Shown piece by piece: positions 48,421 through 55,302 of a stretch of 64,000 nucleotides of DNA. The DNA lies in assembly GCA_023229525.1 (NCBI GenBank), contig JALNZC010000002.1, positions 33,090-97,089 on the forward strand. Direction: 5' to 3'. The position numbers and the translations under genes are program-made. Source of the DNA: Bacteroidales bacterium (lineage in GTDB: Bacteria; Bacteroidota; Bacteroidia; Bacteroidales; FEN-979). The notes below the pieces were generated by a model that ran no database searches, was not told the origin of the DNA, and was given only the letters and a program-made list of their open reading frames with translations. Within the stretch, counting starts at the first letter, position 1; every line of letters begins with the position of its first letter.

Positions 48421-48669
48421 ATGTCTGTAAACGAAGAACTGGTATCGAAAGTAAAAAATGTTATTGAGCAGATACGTCCTTACCTGCAAGCTGATGGGGG
48501 AGATGTTGAATATATTAATCTAACCGAGGATAATGTGGTGAATATCCGACTTCTCGGAATGTGTGGAAATTGTCCCCACAGCCGGATGACACTGAAAAAC
48601 GGCATCGAAGCTGCCGTTGTCCGGGCCATTCCGGAAATCAAGGCTGTAGAATCCGTTATGGTTGAGTAA
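48421..48669 (+). CDS. NifU C-terminal-domain (Nfu-type) Fe-S scaffold protein.
   Basis: IRPYLQADGGDVEY......V.IRL.G.CGNCPHS contains the CxxC motif. Length is 82 aa. Confidence 0.85.
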   Translation: MSVNEELVSKVKNVIEQIRPYLQADGGDVEYINLTEDNVVNIRLLGMCGNCPHSRMTLKNGIEAAVVRAIPEIKAVESVMVE

Positions 48670-48681
48670 AAACGCAGTTTA

Positions 48682-50370
48682 TCACGAAAGATACCTGGCT
48701 ACAATAGGCATGCGACGCCCCATACCGAATGCTTTAGGAGAAACCCTGAGGATGGGAGGTGTCTGATAACGTTTGTATTCGGAAGTGTTGACCAGTTTCA
48801 GAACCTTTCTTACTGTTGATGCATCAAATCCCTCCCGGATCAGTTCTTCAGGTCCAGTGCGTTGTTCTATGTATTTAAAAAGAATCTGATCAAGGATATC
48901 ATAACCAGGTAAAGAATCAGAATCTTTCTGGCCAGGCCGCAATTCTGCCGAAGGAGGCTTAAGGATAGAATTTTCCGGGATGACCAACTGGTTTGAATTG
49001 ATGAGCCTTGCCAGTTCGTAAACCTGGGTTTTGTATACATCACCAAGTACCGACAACCCGCCGCTCATATCCCCATACAATGTCCCGTACCCCACCGCAG
49101 CTTCACTTTTATTGGAAGTATTAAGCAGGATGTACCCGAATTTATTTGATAATGCCATCAGGATAACAGCCCGGAGACGAGCTTGAATATTTTCTTCTGT
49201 CAGGTTAAATGGCAGATTGCCGAATTGTGGTTCCAGGGTGTGCTTCAGCGCTTTAAAGCCTTCCTCAATGGGGATAATTTCGTATGGAACACCCAGATTT
49301 TCGGCTAAAGTGCGTGCATCTGTAATGCTGTGATCCGAAGAAAATTGCGAAGGAAGGAGAATCGCCCTGACATTTTCGGGACCAAGTGCTTCCGCTGCAA
49401 GGACAAGTGTTACTGCTGAATCGATTCCTCCCGAAAGACCAATTATCGCTTGAGCAAATCCCATCTTATTGAAATAATCACGAATACCAAGGACCAGGGC
49501 AGAATGGATCATCTGTATACTGGATGCTGGATACTGGATTTTTCTCTCTTCCAGAGGTGAAAAATCTGGGAATGATCTTGATGTATGATGCAGGATGCAG
49601 GATTGATTTTCTGGATTAAAATCGATGATCTGAAGATCTTCTTCAAAGCGTTTGAGCCCGGCAATTACGTCTCCGTTCGGAGCGATAACCATGGAATCGC
49701 CGTCGAAAATGAGCTCAGTCTGGCCACCAACCTGGTTAACATATATCACAGGAAGATGGTAGGTAATGGCATTTCTGGAAAGTACTTCACGACGGATAGC
49801 CGGTTGATCGTAATTAAAGGGTGAAGCTGAAATATTGATGACCAGATCGGGATTCAAGGAGATCAGCTCATCCATGGGATTGCGTACGTATAGTGGGTCA
49901 TCGGCTACATTCCAAAGATCTTCACAGATAGTTACTGCAAACCGGCAGCCGAGGTGTTCTATCAGAGAGTAGGGGAGCCGGTTTGGCTCAAAATAACGAT
50001 ATTCGTCAAAAACATCGTAATTGGGCAAAAGGGTCTTATTTGTCATTGCCTTTATGGCGCCGTCGGCAAGGAAATAAGCGGTATTATAGAGCGGTTTACC
50101 ACGCGGAGCAGGATTAATCGAAGGAGCGCCGACTACGGCAGCAATTCCCTGACACGCCAATGCAATGGTTTCAACTGCCTGCCTGCACTGACGGATAAAA
50201 TCATCAAATTCAAGAAAATCGCGAGGCGGATAACCGCAAACTGAAAGTTCAGCAAACACAACGACATCGGCTTGCAGAATTTTGGCTTGGTTAATTGCCG
50301 AGATGATCCGGGCTGTATTACTCGCGAAATCACCTACATGATAATTCAGTTGTGCCAGTGCAATTTTCAT
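48682..50370 (-). CDS. nadE: Glutamine-dependent NAD+ synthase.
   Basis: N-terminal CN-hydrolase (MKIALAQLN...VVFAELSVCGYP...ICEDLW) and C-terminal NAD synthetase with GLSGGIDSAV (SGGxDS PP-loop). Heptamer insertions lie in the interdomain linker. Confidence 0.95.
   Translation of the reverse strand: MKIALAQLNYHVGDFASNTARIISAINQAKILQADVVVFAELSVCGYPPRDFLEFDDFIRQCRQAVETIALACQGIAAVVGAPSINPAPRGKPLYNTAYFLADGAIKAMTNKTLLPNYDVFDEYRYFEPNRLPYSLIEHLGCRFAVTICEDLWNVADDPLYVRNPMDELISLNPDLVINISASPFNYDQPAIRREVLSRNAITYHLPVIYVNQVGGQTELIFDGDSMVIAPNGDVIAGLKRFEEDLQIIDFNPENQSCILHHTSRSFPDFSPLEERKIQYPASSIQMIHSALVLGIRDYFNKMGFAQAIIGLSGGIDSAVTLVLAAEALGPENVRAILLPSQFSSDHSITDARTLAENLGVPYEIIPIEEGFKALKHTLEPQFGNLPFNLTEENIQARLRAVILMALSNKFGYILLNTSNKSEAAVGYGTLYGDMSGGLSVLGDVYKTQVYELARLINSNQLVIPENSILKPPSAELRPGQKDSDSLPGYDILDQILFKYIEQRTGPEELIREGFDASTVRKVLKLVNTSEYKRYQTPPILRVSPKAFGMGRRMPIVARYLS
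49513..49607. repeat. Two in-frame heptamer arrays (CTGGATR x4 and GATGCAG x4) inside the nadE linker.
   Basis: ctgtata ctggatg ctggata ctggatt (49513-49540) and gatgtat gatgcag gatgcag gattgat (49580-49607). Sense translation is ...CILHHTS...QYPASSIQ... Confidence 0.8.
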
Positions 50371-50378
50371 GGTCTCAT

Positions 50379-51089
50379 TTAGAAAAGAAAACCAAGATTC
50401 AACTCTAGATAATTCAATGTACTCTTTTCATTCAGTTTCGATTTATCGTTCACTCCTCCGTTAAGGACATTATTGAGTGCGTTAGAATAAGAGAGGCCAA
50501 AAAAGATTCTGGAAGAGAGATCGAGATGGTACTCAAACCCCAACCCGATAAGCAACGATTCCCGGATTAAGGAGGTTGCCTCATTGATATCATATTGCTG
50601 ATCAAAAGAATCCCCGCGATCGGGTTGGAAAGTTTCTTTGGCGATAACTTTCAACCGGATTCCGGTACCGAAACCAATCTGGCCGAAAAAAGAAAAACGT
50701 CCAAAATCTTTTGTTTGCATCTTGATCATGAGCGGGATCTCGAGATAAATAAAGTTATATTTACGGATAACTTCACCTGTTAACACAATGGTATCGTTAG
50801 GCTTAAGTCGTTTATCCGGATAATTTAATTTTCCATTAAGGAATTGAAAATTAAAACCGGTCGAAAAAGCATATCGTTCTGCAAAATAAATATCGCTCAC
50901 AAAGCCAATGGTGGCTCCCATTCTGGCGCCATCGTAAGAATAATCCTTCGTGCTTGGATTCATCCAGCCGATATTCGGTGATACCTTCAGTCCAAGTTTT
51001 ACCGGAAGATTTTTTAACTGGGGATAGCCTGTAAAAGGAATAAGCAATATCAGGACAGACCATAGGATTATTCGGTATGCTTTTTTCAT
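50379..51089 (-). CDS. Outer-membrane beta-barrel protein (PorT/porin-family-like).
   Basis: Signal peptide MKKAYRIILWSVLILLIPFTGYPQ, amphipathic beta-strand pattern, C-terminal ...LNLGFLF. Confidence 0.55.
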   Translation of the reverse strand: MKKAYRIILWSVLILLIPFTGYPQLKNLPVKLGLKVSPNIGWMNPSTKDYSYDGARMGATIGFVSDIYFAERYAFSTGFNFQFLNGKLNYPDKRLKPNDTIVLTGEVIRKYNFIYLEIPLMIKMQTKDFGRFSFFGQIGFGTGIRLKVIAKETFQPDRGDSFDQQYDINEATSLIRESLLIGLGFEYHLDLSSRIFFGLSYSNALNNVLNGGVNDKSKLNEKSTLNYLELNLGFLF

Positions 51090-51221
51090 GATTTCTTTTT
51101 TTAATGATAATTAGGAATGTCGAAAAAACAAAAATAAGTATTAATATCCCGACCCGGTAGGAGATTTCCATAATTTTATCCAAAAATAATTAACCGGGAA
51201 ATGCGTTTGAGATTTGGGTGG

Positions 51222-51306
51222 GGAATGGGAGGAAGGAATGAAGGAATGAAGGAATGAAGAATTGAGTGATTGAGTGATTGAGTGATTGTGTGATTGTGTG
51301 ATTGAA
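51222..51306. repeat. Two abutting tandem 8-nt arrays (GGAATGAA x3, then TGATTGAG/TGATTGTG x6).
   Basis: ggaatgaa ggaatgaa ggaatgaa gaattgag tgattgag tgattgag tgattgtg tgattgtg tgattgaa. Confidence 0.9.
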
Positions 51307-51317
51307 TAAGTAAGGTA

Positions 51318-52388
51318 GTGAGCAAGCGAGAAGCATATTTTGAATCAGCTAATTTTTTCTTGGGTTTATATTTCGAAAGGGTGAGGATTTTCAGATTTTT
51401 CTGGATTTTATCGGGAATTTGGCTGGTAACGGACATTGGATGTGTTTCTCACAACGATCGTATTAGCATAGATGTATCAAAAGTTGATGTTCCTGCTGTA
51501 AAAATTCACAGGTATGATTTGGATTTATTTAAAGTCAGACCGGGCTTTCTCCGGCAGGACCTGGAAAAATTAAAACCCGGATACCGGTTTTTTCTTGACA
51601 CTGACCTAAACGATTCATCGAAAATTCAGCAGATAAAAATATACCTTGAAACTCCCCGTAATATTGACTTTCATGCAGCAGTACAAGCCCGATTTAAGGA
51701 TGTTACTTTCTTGGAAACTTCGATCAGAGAGGCTTTCCGTCATGTAAAATTTTATTATCCTGGTGTAAAGATCCCCAGGGTATACACTTATATTTCGGGG
51801 GGCGATTATGATTTTCCGGTCCAGCTTGCCGACAGTGTACTGTTGATTGGCCTGGATAATTATCTCGGTAAAGATTTTAAAGCTTTTATGGTGGATGGTA
51901 TTCCGCTTTACCGTATCGCGAGGATGACTCCGGATTATATCCTTCCCCAGGTTTTGAAAGTGATGCAGGCCAACCTGGTTCCAGAACCATTGCCAGGAAA
52001 TAATTTGCTCGAACAAATGATCGAGGGCGGCAGACGGCTTTATTTCGTCCAGGCCATGATTCCTCAGACTGATCCGCGTTTTATTATAGGATATAGCGTT
52101 GAACAGTACGAATGGATAATCAATAATGAGGCCCCTGTATGGAGCGCTATCATCGAAAACCAAATCCTCTATTCTACCGATGGCAGGATCATCCGCTCAT
52201 TCATGGCCGATGGCCCTTTTACACCGGAGTTTTCCAAAGAGGCACCCTCCCGTCTCGGCGAATTTCTCGGGTGGCAAATCGTAAAGAACTATATGGAAAA
52301 TGAGCCACAAGTTACGCTACCACAGATGATGGCTGAAAAAGATTTCCAGAAAATTCTCACCCTTTCGAAGTATAAGCCTAAGAAATAG
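51318..52388 (+). CDS. gldB: Gliding-motility lipoprotein GldB-like protein. The start is uncertain: GTG 51318, or GTG 51381, which gives the lipoprotein-like leader MRIFRFFWILSGIWLVTDIGC.
   Basis: Overall resemblance to GldB (..LGWQIVKNYME...SKYKPKK C-terminus) and position next to nadE, both from recollection of Bacteroidota synteny. No search was run. Confidence 0.55.
   Translation: MSKREAYFESANFFLGLYFERVRIFRFFWILSGIWLVTDIGCVSHNDRISIDVSKVDVPAVKIHRYDLDLFKVRPGFLRQDLEKLKPGYRFFLDTDLNDSSKIQQIKIYLETPRNIDFHAAVQARFKDVTFLETSIREAFRHVKFYYPGVKIPRVYTYISGGDYDFPVQLADSVLLIGLDNYLGKDFKAFMVDGIPLYRIARMTPDYILPQVLKVMQANLVPEPLPGNNLLEQMIEGGRRLYFVQAMIPQTDPRFIIGYSVEQYEWIINNEAPVWSAIIENQILYSTDGRIIRSFMADGPFTPEFSKEAPSRLGEFLGWQIVKNYMENEPQVTLPQMMAEKDFQKILTLSKYKPKK
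51356..51392. repeat. Left arm of a 37-nt inverted repeat bracketing the gldB-like ORF.
   Basis: tttcttgggtttatatttcgaaagggtgaggattttc matches the reverse complement of 52349-52385 at 33 of 37 positions. Confidence 0.85.
52349..52385. repeat. Right arm of the 37-nt inverted repeat. It encodes the last 12 codons of the gldB-like ORF.
   Basis: gaaaattctcaccctttcgaagtataagcctaagaaa. All 4 mismatches to the left arm are G.U-compatible on the plus-strand RNA. Confidence 0.85.
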
Positions 52389-52425
52389 AGTGTGGTCAAG
52401 TAGACAAGTCAACCAGTTCATCCTG

Positions 52426-52545
52426 CCACCTGCCCACTTGTCCACCTGCCCACTTGTCCACCTGCCCACTTGTCCACCTGCCCACTTGTCCACCTGCCCA
52501 CTTGTCCACCTGCCCACTTGTCCACCTGCCCACTTGTCCACTTGT
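52426..52545. repeat. Perfect tandem 16-nt repeat (CCACCTGCCCACTTGT), 7 full copies plus a half copy.
   Basis: Counted directly from 52426. Lies between the gldB-like stop (52388) and the comM start (52614). Confidence 0.95.
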
Positions 52546-52613
52546 TAATAACTTTTTTCCGTTAATGTATTACTTTTCTTATTCCAGGGGGATTAATCTA
52601 GAAATCTGTTGAT

Positions 52614-53669
52614 ATGCTGGTAAAAACATATGGCAGTGCCGTATTTGGAATCACAGCTATGACCGTAACTGTGGAGGTTCATATGGATCAGGGTATCCAG
52701 TTTTTTATGGTGGGATTGCCCGACAATGCCGTCAGGGAAAGTCATCAGCGCATTGAATCAGCCTTACGGACAAACGGGTATCGGATTCCCGGGAAAAAGA
52801 TCACTATAAATATGGCGCCGGCTGACATCCGAAAAGAGGGGTCATCATATGATCTTACCATTGCTATGGGAATACTGGCCGCGAATGAAGTAATAAAACC
52901 GGATAAACTTGAACATTACATGATCATGGGGGAGCTTTCGCTTGACGGAAGCCTGCTGCCGATCAAAGGAGCCATATCCATTGCCCTTGAAGCCCAGCAA
53001 AAGGGATTCAAGGGGATTTTACTTCCTGTTCAAAATGCGAGGGAGGCAGCCATTGTACGTGAACTTGAAGTTTATGGGGTTCAGACAATCCGGGAAGTTA
53101 TTGATTTTTTTAATGACGCCTGCATTTTATCGCGTCAATTTCCTGAAGTAACAAACGAAACCGATCAAGCCTTTTCTGAACATGAATATGATTTTGCGGA
53201 TGTCAGGGGTCAGGAGAACATAAAACGTGCAATAGAAATAGCCGCTGCTGGTGGCCACAATGTCATTCTGATCGGACCTCCCGGAGCTGGAAAAACAATG
53301 CTGGCAAAACGGCTTCCATCCATTCTGCCCCCATTGAATTTCAGGGAAGCCATTGAAACAACCAAAATACATTCCATTGCAGGGAAACTTGGAGTAAACC
53401 GGTCACTGGTATCGATGCGACCTTTCAGGGCGCCTCACCATACAGTTTCGAACACGGCTCTTGTCGGTGGTGGTAGTATTCCGCAACCGGGAGAGATCTC
53501 TCTTGCTCACAATGGTGTTTTATTCCTCGATGAACTGCCGGAATTCAAAAGATCGGTTCTGGAAGTCTTGCGTCAGCCAATGGAAGATCGTGTCGTGACA
53601 ATCTCCCGCGCCAAGGTAGCCATTGAGTATCCATCCAGCTTTATGCTTGTGGCAGCAATGAACCCTTGA
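52614..53669 (+). pseudogene. comM: comM/yifB (Mg-chelatase-like AAA+ ATPase), truncated after about 351 codons by island insertion.
   Basis: N-terminal Lon-protease-like domain; Walker [10 protein letters not shown]; Walker [10 protein letters not shown]. The ORF ends ...FMLVAAMNP*, where family members continue with a Cys-rich CPCG zinc motif and about 150 more residues. Confidence 0.85.
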
Positions 53670-55140
53670 AGTTGCATTGCTTATTTCCCAGCTTTCCTAA
53701 ATTGGATGGAATATACGCAAGCTTGATTGCAATGTCTTCACGTCCAACGGTTATTTTCTCGGTAATGACTTCAATGATTGTCCGTTTTTCTTCAAAGGGC
53801 ATTTGGGGCCAGCGGTCATAGAGGTCTTTGGCGTCTCGTAATATGGTGTCTGATGATAGGGTTTGAATTTTAAGGAAATCGACTTCGGCCATGAGTTCAG
53901 GGAGCTGATTTTCGATTTGAGCTAATTGTTCTTCAATGGGTTTGTAGTGACGGGGGAAGCTGTCCTTGGAGATTTCGCCGGACAGTCTCATGGCCACTAG
54001 TTCATTCATTTCTTTGCGGATTCTGTCAGCTTCGCTAGTTTGCCGGGACAGCATGGTTTCCTTTTCTTGAATAATTGAATCTGTTTGGGAAAGATAGGTT
54101 TTGATGTCCTGATCAGTGAGTAAAAAGGCTTTAAGTTGTTCATGATAGATTTCATCAATGTCTGCGGCCAGAATTCTGTTTTTGCAGGCTTTACAAGTAA
54201 ATACGTTGGAAGGATGGAAAACATACATCTTTTTACCGCAAGAGCAGGACAATAGACCGGAAAGAAGGTGGGCTGGTTTAGGTCCCGGTTTCCGGCGTTT
54301 GATTTCCTGTTCTTCTAAAATTCGATTACATTCATTCCAAAGCTTATCAGAAACTACAGCCGGACAAGCGGTAACAATCCATTCACTTTCCGGTTTAAGA
54401 GTCCAATGTTTACCCTCCCCTAAGCTTTTTGTGTAGTTGGCCCGGCGTTCACCTTTGGCCGTTGGGTCTTTAATCAATCGATCAACAGTTGTGTCAGAAA
54501 ATTTTGAGCCGTTCCGGGTCCGGTATCCGAGGTCGTTTAACTCTTTGGCCGTAGTTTTTTTTCGTTTATGCTTTAAAAATATCTCGTAAAGGAGTTTCCG
54601 GATTGGGGCTTCTTTTTCATCAACCACCAGCTCCTTTCCGTCCCAACGATAGCCAAACGAGCCGGCCCCACCCAGTGGCTTGCCTAATTTAGCGCGGACG
54701 GGAACTGAAGCGGCTACCCGGCTGGAAATTTCTTCCCGTTCCCATTGAGCCATAGCCGCTATCATGGTGTAAAAGAGTCGTCCAGCCGGGGTGCTCGTGT
54801 CTATGGCTTCCTGAAGCGATATTAGGTCAGCATTGCTTTCCCGAAAGAGGTCAGCAAAGTCGAGCAGTTCTCTGGTATTTCGGGCTAATCGGGCCAGCTT
54901 GGAAAAGATAAGTCCGGTAATGTTACCATGTTTAATATCTCTTAACATCCTCTTGGTTTCCGGGTGATCCATCACGGATTTGCCGGAAACTGCTTCTAAA
55001 TGATAGACCTCAACAACATTCCATTCTTTGGCTTCAGCATATAATCGAGCCCGTTTTTCGTGATGTTCAGGCGATTCTCCTTTTGCCTGATCTTCGGTAC
55101 TGACACGAATCCAGATACCGACTTCTTTCTTGGTTTCCAT
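53641..55140 (-). CDS. Large serine recombinase (integrase).
   Basis: Resolvase-type catalytic region [12 protein letters not shown], a recombinase domain, the zinc-ribbon [25 protein letters not shown], and a C-terminal coiled coil. I prefer the ATG at 55140 (METKK) over the TTG at 55173. The last 9 or so codons read into comM antisense sequence. Confidence 0.9.
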   Translation of the reverse strand: METKKEVGIWIRVSTEDQAKGESPEHHEKRARLYAEAKEWNVVEVYHLEAVSGKSVMDHPETKRMLRDIKHGNITGLIFSKLARLARNTRELLDFADLFRESNADLISLQEAIDTSTPAGRLFYTMIAAMAQWEREEISSRVAASVPVRAKLGKPLGGAGSFGYRWDGKELVVDEKEAPIRKLLYEIFLKHKRKKTTAKELNDLGYRTRNGSKFSDTTVDRLIKDPTAKGERRANYTKSLGEGKHWTLKPESEWIVTACPAVVSDKLWNECNRILEEQEIKRRKPGPKPAHLLSGLLSCSCGKKMYVFHPSNVFTCKACKNRILAADIDEIYHEQLKAFLLTDQDIKTYLSQTDSIIQEKETMLSRQTSEADRIRKEMNELVAMRLSGEISKDSFPRHYKPIEEQLAQIENQLPELMAEVDFLKIQTLSSDTILRDAKDLYDRWPQMPFEEKRTIIEVITEKITVGREDIAIKLAYIPSNLGKLGNKQCNFKGSLLPQA

Positions 55141-55302
55141 TCTATTGTGTTGCCGTGAGCCAAAATTACTCAATTGTTATGATCGTGAAGCAGCTAAAGG
55201 GGCGAATTTTTATATATTTGCCGGGTTATTATCGTTCCTAATCCAAATAATTGCTGAAGTTACCCCCATCATTGGAAAGCAAACCAAATCTACTCATTAA
55301 CC

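Noticed and set aside
51615-52163. 182-aa minus-strand ORF inside the gldB-like gene, and 51176-51436 on the minus strand across the 8-mer arrays.
   Set aside because: The first is antisense to the better-supported plus-strand CDS. The second is largely repeat-array translation plus the inverted-repeat arm, which is why it shares KILTLSKYKPKK.
52317-52541. 74-aa minus-strand ORF translating to GGQVGRWTSGQVDKWA repeats.
   Set aside because: It is just the 16-nt tandem array read in an open frame. It has no start context and no non-repeat domain, so I treat it as a DNA repeat, not a gene.
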